Below are positions 13,781 through 26,322 of a stretch of DNA of 64,000 nucleotides, in pieces (positions within the stretch are counted from its first letter, which is position 1; every line of letters begins with the position of its first letter). The DNA lies in contig NC_043003.1 of assembly GCF_006345805.1 (NCBI RefSeq), positions 12,152,001 through 12,216,000 of the forward strand, in the 5' to 3' direction. The notes under the pieces are model-generated. The model was not told the origin of the DNA and searched no databases. It was given only the letters and a program-made list of their open reading frames with translations. Made by a program: the position numbers and the translations under genes. Source of the DNA: Octopus sinensis. Lineage: Eukaryota.

Positions 13781-14189
13781 AGAGTTCAGCATCAGTTAAT
13801 TTCTTACTCATCTCAGCAGATCTTTTGTATTCACTACCCAAGTCATTCTATTATACTGAATCATATTTCTTATCACAGACTTACTTTTTTGTTATGTGAA
13901 ACAATTTCTGTTGCTTAGAAAAATAGTACTTTTACGAACCTGTTAAAATTCAGACTTAGTGTATATTGATTTATCTTATACATCGCTGTAATAATAAAGT
14001 ATCAGGTGATATAAACAAAGATAATGATGTATATAGTTTTTTTTTTGTTTTGGCTGATAGATATTAGATTAATATCAGAGTTTGAGTGTTTTGAGGAATT
14101 AAAACTCCACTTTTCATGCTTCTCACCACTTCATTAAAGATCTTTGAGTTTTAACCTTAAAAACATTAATTAAAACTTTGGTTTGATAA

Positions 14190-15113
14190 TCCAGTAGGAG
14201 GTGTAGGTGTGGCTGTGTGGTTGAAAAGTTTGCTTCTCAGCTGCATGTTTATGGGTTCAATACCACTGCGTATGAGATGGCTTGGGCATGTTAGCCGTAT
14301 GAAAGATGGCAGAATCCCCAAGGACATACTCTACGGAGAGCTTGCTAGGGGTACTAGGTCTGTGGGTAGACCGATCTTGCGTTACAAGGATGTTTGCAAA
14401 AGGGATATGAAGGCCTGCAACATCAACATTAGCGGTTGGGAGGCAGTCGCCGGCAACCGTGGAGAATGGCGACGTACAGTAAAAGAGGGTATACAGAGGA
14501 GTGACAGAAAGAGAGAGGAGAAATGGAAAGAAAGGAAGAGACATAAACAAGAGACCATGGCACTACAATCAGCCAGGAACAGTCTTCGCTACATTTGCAG
14601 TACCTGCCAGAGGGAGTGTTTGTCCAGGATAGGACTACACAGCCACAGCAAGAAATGTAACAGGAAATAAAATATAACAGCCGGACTAGACCTAGAAAAA
14701 AAAAAAAAAAAATGCGCAACTCCATTGTCTCCCGAGACAGAAAGGATGCCAAAACCACTGCGCGGCACTGTGGACAAGTATTTTTTTTTTAGAACTCTGG
14801 GCCTACAAAAGCAAATTGATTTGGTTGACAGAAAACTGAAAAGAGCTTCTTACATTGTGTGTGTGTCTGTGTGCATTGTCATACACACACACATGTGTAA
14901 GTGTGTATGTATATGTATCTGTTTCTGTCATACAAGCAGTGTCATTCATTTCCAATATTTTCCAAGAACATGTCTGGCTGCAGAAAAATATTACCTTGCT
15001 TGGAAACAGTTGAGGGTTAGCAACAGGAAAAACACCTGACTAGAAAAGCTGCCTTTATAAACTCTGCCCAACTGATACAAGCATGGATAAGAGGATGTTA
15101 AAACGATGATGAT
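14190..15113 (+). mobile_element. SINE with a family-A head and an RTE-like (GAT)n tail, split by the RTE insertion
   Basis: The head stops at accactgcg (14270) and resumes at 14763; tail ...gcatggataagaggatgttaaaacgatgatgat. Similar elements lie at 21670-22020 and near 61020-61450. Confidence 0.6.
14272..14753 (+). mobile_element. 5'-truncated RTE-clade LINE 3' end inserted into a SINE head
   Basis: Uninterrupted ORF to 14670 (MRWLGHVSRMKDGRIPKDILYGEL...CSTCQRECLSRIGLHSH, a C-terminal zinc finger); 3' hairpin TGTCT-CCCG-AGACA; TSD accactgcg at 14262-14270 and 14754-14762 (12/13 if extended). Confidence 0.92.
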
Positions 15114-15139
15114 ATAATCCAATAAGTATCTACAACTAA

Positions 15140-15500
15140 GCTAGTGGCTGTGTGGTAAGTAGCTAGCTTACCAACCACATAGTTCCGGGTTCAGTCCCAC
15201 TGCGTGGCACTTTGGGTATGTGCCTTCTACTATAGCCTCGGGCTGACCAAAGCCTTGTGAGTGGATTTGGTAGACGGAAACTGAAAGAAGCCTGTCGTAT
15301 ATATGTGTGTGTGTGTGTGTGTATGTTTGTGTCTGTGTTTGTCCCCCCAACATCGCTTGACATCCAATGCTGGTTCGACAAAAGAGACCGATAGAATAAG
15401 TACTAGGCTTACAAAGAATAAGTCCTGGGGTCGATTTGCTTGACTGAAGGCGGTGCTCCAGCATGGCCGCAGTCAACTGACTGAAACAAATAAAAGAATA
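15140..15500 (+). mobile_element. tRNA-derived SINE, family A
   Basis: Same consensus as 8337-8740, with an internal deletion. Confidence 0.85.
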
Positions 15501-17969
15501 AAAGTCATTATGTTTGCTTACATTACTTTTATAAATAACATCCTTCCATTCTTATTTGTAGGTATTACATTTTTCACACTTGAGCTTGAACTATATCATC
15601 TTGTTGAGAAAACTTCCCTTCTGCTGTCAAAGCATAGTATACTAGGTATGCTTGTACATGCTAAACCGTGTTTTCCATTTTGTCTGCTCCACTTTGGGTA
15701 TCCAATCCTTGTATTGGCTTCCATAGTAATGACATTGATCATACATCATACTTCTTTTCTTTGTACCAAATAAGTTCATGTCCCTGAAATTGATCTTTTA
15801 TGGCATCTGCCTTAGTCTGGGACATCTTCATTTTCAGATTTTACTTAATTCTTTCTGTCTTCCCTATTCTTTGGTAAATTCATAGGTCTACTTAACCAGG
15901 ACTGAACCCAAAGGCTAAAGAACAACAATATATCTTACTGCAGTGACATTTATTAAAATATGCACATATACATAACTCTCTACTAAAGTGGTGAAATATT
16001 GGTTTCAAATTTAGGCACAAGGCCAGTAATTTTGGGGAGGGAGTAAATTGATTACATCGATCTCAGTGCTCACCTGGTACTTATTTTATCAATCTCATAA
16101 AGATAAAAGGCAAAGTCAATTTCAATGGAATTGGAACTCTGAATGCAAAGTCAGACAAAATGCTGTTAAGCATTTTACTCAGTGTGCTAATGATTCTGCC
16201 AGCTTGCTGCCTTCTAAAGTGGTGAAATATTGTGAGATTCTTTAAATCAAGGCAATTATTAAAATAAAATGTTGGGTGTTCTGTTTGGTTAACCTGTAAG
16301 TTTACTTTGCAGCAGGCTGGTGGTTTAGTAGACGAAGGTTATGGGTTCACATTTTAACTATAATAAACATTGAAACTGTAACCCAGATAGTTTTTAGTTG
16401 GCAGGAAAAGTATACTAGTTCTAAATAATCAAATCTTTGGTGATAAAAACAATCATTTTTTTTAAATGACTAATTCTGATAAATAAATAAAAATAGAAAA
16501 CAAAGAGACCACTCCATAATTTTAAAATACAGAATGCAGTAGAGAATAAAACAAGTCTTTAGTCATGCAGGGATGTCTTGACATGTTTCAGTCTTATTGG
16601 ATCCCTCAGTGAAGCTTAATCTAACTATTCCTGTGGATCAAAGAATCTGCCAAGAACCATCTTGTACTTTAAAAAAAACTATGGGAAAAGAAGCTGTTAT
16701 GGCAAACATGTGATTTCTTTTTTAAAGAGATTTCATTTTAAAAGTATGTATTTCTAACTTTTGATAATGCAGTGCAATTTTCTAAAACTTAATATTTGAA
16801 TTAATCAAATGCAAATGTACCTCCTGTTTCTTTACAAATAGTTACAAAAGTTCTTTAGACTTTGGCGGTGTTTCAAAATACAAAGGACAGTCATTTAATA
16901 AGGTGTTTTTTTACTCTCTGAAAGTACAATGGAAAATACAGGTGTTAATTTTCAAGTAATTAGTGAAGTTAATTGCTATAGCTACTGTCTTTTTTTTTTA
17001 AACTTCCTTGTTACTTGAAAGTAAAGTTAAGAGAAACACAAGCCAACTTGTATTTCACAGAGGAGAAGTTTTTTTTAATACTTCATTTATAAGAGAAACA
17101 AACAAAAATATACTCTATAAAAATATAGCATAAAATTATATGAAAATTTCTGCACATCATCATCATCATCATCATCGTTTAATGTCCGTTTTCCATGCTA
17201 GCACCTGTTTATAAAAGGTTACAGTGAAAGTTTGATTACTAACAGTGATTTGAGATCAGTCAGGTAAGTAAACTCGTTAAAACAACTTAGTTTAGTTTGA
17301 TGTACATTTATAAGCTTGAAGTTATCGTTTAGTTTGATAAATGTTTATGTTTGCGTAGTATGGTCAGTCGTGCCAAAGACTGTATTTTACCAATGTTAGT
17401 CCAATGTACTGATCCAAATTAGTAACATGTTTTATACTTGGAGTAATTTTCTCTCTGAGCAGTGAGAAATATAACATATTACAGCGAGAGCATAGTAGTT
17501 TGTCACATTTTATTCAGAAACAACCACACCTATTTGATGAGAGAAAGAGAGAGAGAGAGAGATGTATCCTGTAGCAGTTTTCCCATACTCAAACAAGTGG
17601 AATGGTTCTGAAAATTTGAACATTTGGCACAGATATTTTATGACAGGGTGCTTTAATAGCATCCAATATCTCCATTGTGAAATTGTGTGTGTGTGTGTGA
17701 TAATATGTAGGATGTATTCGCAATACAGTATTCTAAGCCTCTTAGTGCTGTACTTTCTCTCTTAGGAGTCTGTGAGTATCTGGTCTGGTTTACACAAAGA
17801 TATGTCTCTCCAGGGTGCTATTTTGGAAAGCAGATTTTAAATTTTCATAGAATCAGCAAGTTTATATTTTTAACTTTAAGTACTAGGAATATAAAATACC
17901 AGTCTAATCATGCAAAGAAAATAAAACAAGAAAAGAATAGCAAAAAAAAAACACTGCATTATATTGTTT

Positions 17970-18270
17970 GTGGAGACACATGGCCTAGTGGTTAGAGCAG
18001 CGGACTCGGTATCGCGGGTTCAAATCTCAGACCGGGTGATGTGTGTGTTTATGATCGAAACACCTAAGCTCCACACGGCTCTGGCAGAGAAGGTAATGGC
18101 GAACTTCTGCTGACTCTTTCGCCACAACTTTCTCTTACTCTTTCCTCCTGCATCTTGCAGCTCACCTGCGACGGACCGGCGTCCCGTCCAGGTGGGGAAC
18201 CTATACGCCAAGGAAACCGGGAAACCGGCCCTAATGAGCCAGGCATGGCACGAGAAGGAACAAACAACAA
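17970..18270 (+). mobile_element. tRNA-derived SINE with a V-domain-like core; intact insertion
   Basis: Head gtggagacacatggcctagtggttagag, core gacggaccggcgtcccgtccagg, (AAC) tail; perfect 13-bp TSD cattatattgttt at 17957-17969 and 18271-18283. Confidence 0.92.
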
Positions 18271-19274
18271 CATTATATTGTTTACCATTTGAAAGATATC
18301 CCCTGTAATTTTTTAACGATTTGACCTAGATTGTTTTATAAATACATTTATATGACATAAATGTCTCGGGGGTTTATAGAAGAGGAGAAGGAGGTACATC
18401 ATGCATGACGTTGATTTGTTTAAGATTTACTATCATACTGGAATATATTCATCTTTCAAATTTATGAAATTAAATGTGATGTTATTGTTATTTATCAAAC
18501 CTATGGTCTGAAGTCTCAACCATGGCCATTACGTCTTACTTTCAGGTAAGGTACCTGGGACTGTAAGGTATGGGTTGATGGGAATTTGTCTGCTATTTCT
18601 AGCAGGCTGAGTGACCATGTAAATGTGTGTTTGTGCATTTAGAAACCGAGGGTGAGTAAGAGGAAATAAAAGGTGGTTTGAGGGGGTGCTGGAGAGAGAG
18701 TTACTAGCAGGAGACGTTACTAAAAGAGGTAGAGAGAGAAAGAGGAGAAAAGTAAGCACCAAGAGAGAAAAGAAATAAATACACTAATGGGATATTAGAT
18801 ATACTAAGTATGACACATGTGTCACATCAAATAGGAAGACAGACAACATATCATGTGTCCAACATACAATAGAAAAAAAACCATTATTTTGTTTGTACAA
18901 TATATTTCATAGCATATCATTGTTCTAATTTTATTTTGATATTTGAACTAATTTAAGACTGAAGTTTGAAGGCGATACTAAAAGCATGGGAAGAACATCT
19001 GGATACACAAGGAATCCAGTTTGATACTGCAGCAAGCTCCATTTCTCACCATCATTGCTACTACAAGCATAATTGCTCTAAATAGGCATCTGGTCTATAG
19101 AACATTATTGCTCATTAGTGTAGGTAAAGGAGACAAAGAATGGTCTACTTTGGGTGGCATTTTTGGTGTTGGTACTTTTATTTATATATGTTGTGTTTTT
19201 CATACAAACAGTAAGCCTTAGGATTTCATTTGGTTGCATAATTCTAGCTGTCTCTGCTTTTCCTGCATGCTAAA

Positions 19275-19632
19275 GACATTATTACTTTCGACAAGCGTCG
19301 CCTTACTGGCATTTGTGCTGGTGGCACGTGAACAAAACATTCGAGTGAGGTCGTTGCCAATGCCACTGGACTGACTCCTGTGCAGGTGGCATGTAAAAAC
19401 ACCATTTCGAGTGTGGCCGTTGCCAGCACCACCAGACTGGCCCTCATGCTGGTGGCACGTAAAAGCATCCACTACACTCTGAGTGGATGGCGTTAGGAAG
19501 GGCATCCAGCTGTAGAAATTCTGCCAGATCAGATTGGAGCCTGGCGCAGCCATCTGGTTTGCCAGTCCTCAGTCAAATCGTCCAACTCATGCTAGCATGG
19601 AAAGCAGATGTTAAATGATGATGATGATGATG
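19275..19632 (+). mobile_element. 5'-truncated RTE 3'UTR copy with 3 hairpin modules
   Basis: Repeated gtgc(t/a)ggtggca(c/t)gt modules followed by the shared tail and (gat)n. Confidence 0.8.
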
Positions 19633-19879
19633 ACTCAGTCTAGACAAAAAGATGCATGCACAAAAACATCAGCTGCAATAATTGCATCATCAACCTAAAA
19701 TGATGAGCTAAGATACTGAGAATGAATCAGTAACTGCCATGCTTGGACCAAGTTCACTTTGCTTACCTCTGTTGTGATCAGAATCTGCTTAACCTGGCAA
19801 CGAATCCTCTCCTTGTCACTTAAATGCTAAAAATAACAACCAGATCTCCCTCAAACTAGTACAAAGGTTTATTACACTT

Positions 19880-20150
19880 GCACATCTGCCACATACAAAG
19901 TCTACTTTCTATGTTAACCTGCCTGCATCTCTTGTGTCATTAGTTTTCATTGGATACATTGTATGGAATTTCTGCTTACTCCTCTTCTACCTATCAAGCA
20001 AGGCCATTTCCCTGATCAAAGTGAAGTCCTGTCTACTTTCCTGCTTACTAAAATATGGGTTTTTGTTAAATTAACTTTGAGGCCTTTTGATTCCAGATTT
20101 TGCTTCAATGCCTGAAATATTTTTTATAATTCTACACCAGATTAAGCATA
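19880..20150 (-). mobile_element. RTE LINE reverse-transcriptase fragment
   Basis: Minus strand reads KQNLESKGLKVNLTKTHILVSRK...GKWPCLIGRRGVSRNSIQC, the post-YADD region of RTE RT. Confidence 0.7.
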
Positions 20151-20574
20151 CAATTGAGTAGAAACCACTGGCCAATTTAGTTTCTCTCTCTCTCTCTCTC
20201 TATATATAATGATGATGTGCACTCTTCTATCTCTGCTATCTCTTCTCTGTTTATCTCTCTCCCTCTCTTGTTCTTCATCCTTTTTGGTTTTCTCTCCCAC
20301 CCTTCCCTATTCTTCTCTTCTCCTCTTCATTGTTCCCTCTCTCTCTCACTCTTCCTCCTTGACTCTCTTGTCGCTGACACGTGATGAAAGGGAATCTATA
20401 TTTCTGTCCATTTCCTTTCTAAAGACAAGATGTACTTATACCTGTCTCCTCTCATAGCTCGTCCTCCTAGCATTCATAATAATTTTTCTATCGTCTTGGC
20501 TCAACAGGCCTCACCGTTTGTTTTTACTGTCTTGTTCTCACTGTTCTGTTCTTGTTACCACTTTCACCTGCTGC

Positions 20575-20825
20575 AAAAAATCCCAAATTTTATTTAATTT
20601 GCTTTGCGGGAAGGACTGTTTCAATAAAGTCGCGTATTGTCCTTATCTTCGAAATGTGGAGTAGATGAAACAGGGACAACTGATGAAGGGGAATATTCTT
20701 TATGTTGCATATCTCATTTATCTGTTTGTTTTTTTCGTTGTTTGAACAAGTTCGTTTTCTATGTTTTTGTTTTTATGTTTTCGTTTCTCATCGTGTTCAA
20801 TGTTTTTTGATGTCCTGTACCCATA
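20575..20825 (+). mobile_element. (TA)n-associated short repeat, same family as 41895-42155
   Basis: Shares tgtcct...cttcgaaa...ggag...agggaca(a/g)ctgatgaagggga with the reverse complement of 42020-42085. Confidence 0.5.
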
Positions 20826-22881
20826 TATGCATGTATATATACATATATATGTAGGTCTGTACATATATGTATGTATATATGCATATATATATATATGTTC
20901 TATCATATATGTATGTATAAATGCATATGTATATATGTTCTATCATTGCACATATCTAGTTGCTAGCTATCTCCATCTTGAAGTTCCCCTTCTCCTGAGA
21001 GGGTAGCTTACACAAGAAGTCTATATGGTGATAGAATAATAGCATAGTAGAGAAGGCTGTACAATATTTGACTACTTAGGAAAGAACGAAGAGAAAAGTG
21101 ACTGTCAATAATATCTAGAAACCAGGAAGAGAAGCAAAATAATCTTTTGTATATTTATAAGTGGGTTCAATTTGCAAATGTACTGGAGACCAGCTGATAA
21201 ATTTTGACATGCAAAGCACTAATGTACAAGACCAGATAAACAAATCTAGCAGCATTTGGGCAGCAAGCATTCCTCATTACGCAGGAAGTAAGTAGTAGAA
21301 GGTTAATACAGAGAAGTCTGTCCTGACAATTTTTACAGAAATTTGGTGTTTTTTTCACAAAAGTAACTGACTGGAGTAGTTATAAACTGTAGGCTATAGA
21401 TAGGTCAGCTGGCTGGCTTGAAATAGATTTGTTCTGCTTCCTTAAGTAGTAATTATAGTGATGTATACAACAAGCAAATGGTGTGAATGTTCAGAGAGTA
21501 AGGAGCTGTTATTTCAATGGGTAACAAAGTGGTTTGATTTCTGTGAAAAGACGGACTACACGAGATATTTATAGGAAGTAAAATATATGCAGTAAATACA
21601 GAAGGATTGTTGTGATTGGAAAGGAGTAATCTGAGAGAAGGTCAGTTAGATAAGGAGTTTTATTTTATAAAGCACCTGGGGCAAGTGTCTTCTACTATAG
21701 CCCTAGGTTGACCAAGGTCTTGTGGGTGGATTGGGAATCTGGTGGATGGAAACTGAAAGAAGCTTGTCATGTATGTGTGTGTGTGTGTGTGTGTGTTGTT
21801 TTGACATTGCGTGATAGTTGTGAGTGTCATTGTCAAACGAGCAGTATCATTCATTTCTGTGAAAACATATCTATGGGGAAGTATTATGTTGCATGGAAAC
21901 AGTTGAGGGTTGGTGACATTAAAGGCATCCAGCTGTAGAAAAGTCTTCCTCAAAAAACTGTCTAGCTGATGCAAGCATGGAAAAGTGGACATTAAAATGA
22001 TGATGCGGATGATGTAGATAGATGGCATCAAAAGTATTGGGTGATGTGTGTAGGAAAAATTATGCTGGTTTCATCTTATATAACAAATTCATGACTCATG
22101 CTGCATTAAGAAGTGTATTGATTTGGTGGTGGAGAGTACTCACAGTAGAAGTAGATCAAAGATGACTCTGGAAGGTGTCACTTCAAATATGAAAACACTG
22201 AGTTTCGTAAGGCAGATAAAACAGTATTGGTATGTATTACTTAGTATATCTTTTGCTCCCTATGGAAAATATGCCATCATTGACTTCTCTTCAATGTCTT
22301 TCTGTGGGTTGTCCTCTCCACCTCTTGTTGGTTTTTAATTGTTATTTAATGCTTCTGTAATTGCTTTTTTCTAGGGATGGGGTGTTGGTCCTATGCGAAT
22401 GCGAATCCATTCTTACCTCTGGGAAGAGGTTGGCCATATTATTCAATCCTCTATCCTTTAACCTATCATGCATGGTGGGTCCTACCAGGAGCTGGCATGG
22501 CTCTCAGAGTTGTTGAGGCATATTGCAACAAATACTGAACTTTGTGGTCGATTGATATGTATAGGGAAATTTGTTGAAATCTCTGAACTTACATTGAAAA
22601 ATGGATGCTAAATTAATGATGATTCTTTCATTGTTTTTTAGAACTAAAATTTCCTATCACATTGCTACATATGTATTGGTAAAAAAGCAATTGGAAATTT
22701 GAACAGAAGCAGAATTGGAAGAATAACCATATTCTGCTGCCAAAATTATTAAAAATCAGTTTTACCATAACAGTATTTACATTTTGTAAGACTTCAATTT
22801 TTAGAAAACTAGATTTGTGTTTTAAATTCAGGTCTTGGAAAATTTTGGTCTAATAGCTCCAAACTTATACATGTTTTAAGT

Positions 22882-25800
22882 CAGTGGTTCTTAACCTTTT
22901 TACTACCATGCCTCCCCTAGGAATTTGTCCCCTCCATCCCCATCTTGTATCTGTGAATAAAATTCCCTCCCATATTTTAAATAGGTTATAAAATATGTTT
23001 TTAGTCTTTTTATTGAATATGAATTAGTCGCATTATACAAAATATGTATAATTTTATATATAATCACATTATACAAAAAATCAGATACTTGACACTGCTT
23101 CTTAGCAAAAAAAACCCAGTTTTTTAAAAATTGAATATGAATTAGTCACATTATTAATGAGATACTTGACACTGCTTCTTAGCTACAAGGTCCAGAATGC
23201 ATGGTTGAATACCAGAGAGTGCACAAAGTAAGTCCCTTTCAACATTTAACCTGTTTCTGTATGTGGTCTTGACAGCAATGGGCATAGAAAATGAAGCTTC
23301 ACAAAGATACATGGCCCCAAACATAGCTAAAATCCAAAGAGCCTGATGTGAGATCAGAGGATAAACAGGAAGGTACTTGATCCAGAACATTTCAAGATCC
23401 AGTTCCTTAGCTGGGGAGTTGAACTTCAGCTCAAGAAATTCCTCTTGCACTTCATCCAAAACATCAGTCACTTCACACTGATGAATTTCCAAGCTTCATG
23501 CTTTTCATCTATATCTGGGGACTATCTGATGAATTCTGTTTCCAAGTCAGTTAGATGAGTGATTATTTGTTTCTTTAACTCAGAATCAAGGCTACCATGA
23601 ATGAGAGCAGAATCCAAGTAACTAAAATTGGCTGTATTTCCCTACTGAATTTGACATTTCCAGAGGTTGAGTTTGGCCATGAAGGTTCGAATGGTGTTGT
23701 GGTGCATGAGAATGTTGATGTTTTTCTCTTGTAGTTTAAGGTCGAAAGCATTCAACGCTTCGAAGATGTCCACCAGGTAAGCTAGAGATAGCTGAAAGCC
23801 TTCAGACTGGAACTTGTCATGGAGATCTGCCTTCTGTTGCAAATCTAGAAATATAGCTACTTCTTCTCGTAGTTCATAAAGTCGTCCAAGCATGTTCCCC
23901 TTTGATAGCCATTGTATGTTCGTGTGAAAAAGCAATGCTTCATGTTCAGATTCCATATCTTTAGACAACAGTTTGAAAAGGCGACTGTTTAAGGCTCCAC
24001 CTTTAACAAAGTTGACAACCTTGATAGCCATGTTCAGGACATTTCTCATTTCAGTAAGTAAGGTCCTGGATGCTAAATCTTCAAGGTGAAGTATGCAGTG
24101 TGTACCTACAACAGATGAATTTTTTCTCTCACCCTAGTAATGAATCCAGACTGGAGACCAAGTATGGCTGGAGCTCCATCAGTGCACACCCCTACCAGCG
24201 AATCCCACGAAAGTTAGTTTTCCTGAAAGAAGTTTGATACATCACGAAAAATAGCTGCTGCTGTACAACTATTCATTGGGTGACAGAACATTTCCTCTTT
24301 TACACAGTTGCCTGACACAAAATGAACATATGCCAGTTGCTGAGCAATCTCTGTTGTTTTGTCACACTTGATGGCAAAAACAGGAGAATCTCTCACTTGG
24401 TCAAGAATTTGATTTTTGGTGTCTTGAGACAAGTCGTCAATCCTTCCCTTGACTGTATCATTTGATAGTGAAATCTGAGAAGGCTTGTTTGCACTGTCTT
24501 TCTCTAGAACAAGTTCTGCACGGAGTAGATTTGGTTTTATGAGAGGCTCTCCGATGTTATAGCTCTTGTTCTTTGCAATCAACATGGCGATCTTATAGGA
24601 AGCCTCAACAACCATTGAAATTTGTTGCCGAAATGCCCCATTACTGTCCAACTTCACTTGCTTCAAGGAATGTTTTTTTTATTTCAAAGAATGCCTTGGG
24701 CTTGACAGCAAGAGCAGGATGTGTTGTCCTCAAGTGGTGGTCCAAGTGTGAGGGTCGCATTCCATCATTGCTCAAAGTTTTGTAACATATCACACACTGG
24801 GGGACTTCTGTGTCACCCTTGTGGAGGGATATGAATCTGAATCGAATATATATTTGTCAAGATACTTCCATTTCTTTGCTCACATTGCGAATTACTTGAT
24901 GTGCAAGGGACAACACAAATATGTGAACAAAAGATAAGGCATCTGTAAGGTAATGTCAAGGCCCAAGTTAGAATGCTTGGAGTAAAAAGTTCTGAAATTA
25001 AAACAAAAAAAATTGGAATAAAAGTTAAATTAAAAGAAAAGTTATATGAAAAATTTGTACAATAAAATATTGTATTTATTTGTACGAAAATATAAAAAAA
25101 AAGTTTCTTTAAATAAGAAGCAATTTTGCATAGCTTTTAGTTTTACCTAATACTTTCTGTAATATTTGAATCAGAATTTTTGTTTAACAGTTGGCTTTAT
25201 ATTATATATTTTTTCTTACAAAAAAATTTACTAAATTTTCATCATAAACATTTAATATTAAAAATTTTGGTTTTATTGTTAAAAATCTTTTATTTTTTCA
25301 ATCTGTGTTTTAATTTCTTTACGACTTTATTAAATTGAGCAATATATTTATTTTATTTCATCTAGTTTCAGCTCATGAGCTGTGGCCATGCTATTACATA
25401 CTTTTTGTTTTATTTCCTATTTTTAAATATATCATACTTTTCATCTTGCTAAAATTTAAAAATAGTTTTCAATTTTTTTAATTAAGTTAATGTTTCTTAG
25501 TATGTTACTATAATGATTTGATAATGTTTCAGCATGTCTCTTGATTTTTAAGAATCACATTATTTCATATATATGGAAACTGTGGATCAAACTTGTTTAT
25601 AATCTATCAACTGAAAAAGTTGTTTGTCTTTACACGATAATAATATCTAAGTTTTATACCAGTAGTTCTTAACCCGAGTTTTGTTGTAACAAAACAAAAT
25701 TACAAAATAAAGGCAAAATGATAATGCTACACTTCAGAATTAGTGAGGATTGTGATGGATATGAAGTGGGGTCAATAAGTACAGAAAATGGTAAGTGACA

Positions 25801-25976
25801 CTAAGATAGCAGAATAAGAAAACTAAAGGTATAAGGCAATACTTCTGCATTTTTCTCATTATTTAACCATGCTCTCATTAAGAGAATAACAAATATAATT
25901 AGAGAAATTACTGCTTTTTCTCAAGGGTTCGTGCTCCTCTTAGAAATTACTGATGCCTCCTGGTTAAGAACCACTG
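22882..25976 (-). mobile_element. Full-length decayed hAT (Charlie/Buster-type) DNA transposon
   Basis: Perfect 15-bp TIRs CAGTGGTTCTTAACC (22882-22896) / GGTTAAGAACCACTG (25962-25976); 8-bp TSD ttttaagt / ttataagt (7/8, central TA); encloses transposase remnants. Confidence 0.88.
23154..24885 (-). pseudogene. hAT transposase pseudogene (ZBED5/ZBED8/SCAND3-like family)
   Basis: BED-finger-like PQCVICYKTLSNDGMRPSHLDHHLRTTH; ISLSNDTVKGRIDDLS; VVNFVKGGALNSRLF...HTNIQWLSKGNML; C-terminal YLCEASFS...RNRLNVERDL...CQVSH. Broken by stops and frameshifts into at least 4 fragments. Confidence 0.93.
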
Positions 25977-26322
25977 TTATAAGTGTTACAAAGGACTAAA
26001 CAAGCCAAATAACAAAGTTAAATATTTTTAGCTGTTCCTTGAGTTGTGTCAAACTTTAGGATCAGCTTCTTAGCTTGGAGATATTTTAAATTCACCCAAA
26101 CCATTTTCCCACAATTCTTCCTTTCCCTAACAAAAGGATCTCTCTGTATGGATGATCAGACTTCCTTAGGGAATTGTAATTATATAACCGAGTCTGCAAG
26201 CTGGCAGAATAGTACATCAGACAAAATGCTAAGTGGCATTTCTGAGTTCAAATTCCACCAAGGTCACATTTGCCTTTCATTCTTTCAGGGTCACTATAAA
26301 GTACCAATCAAGTACTGGGGTT

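Noticed and set aside
20640-20710. Hammerhead in the 20.6 kb / 42.0 kb family (CTGATGA and CGAAA present)
   Set aside because: The motifs are in permuted order, and I could not build stems I and III with a UH site in either copy.
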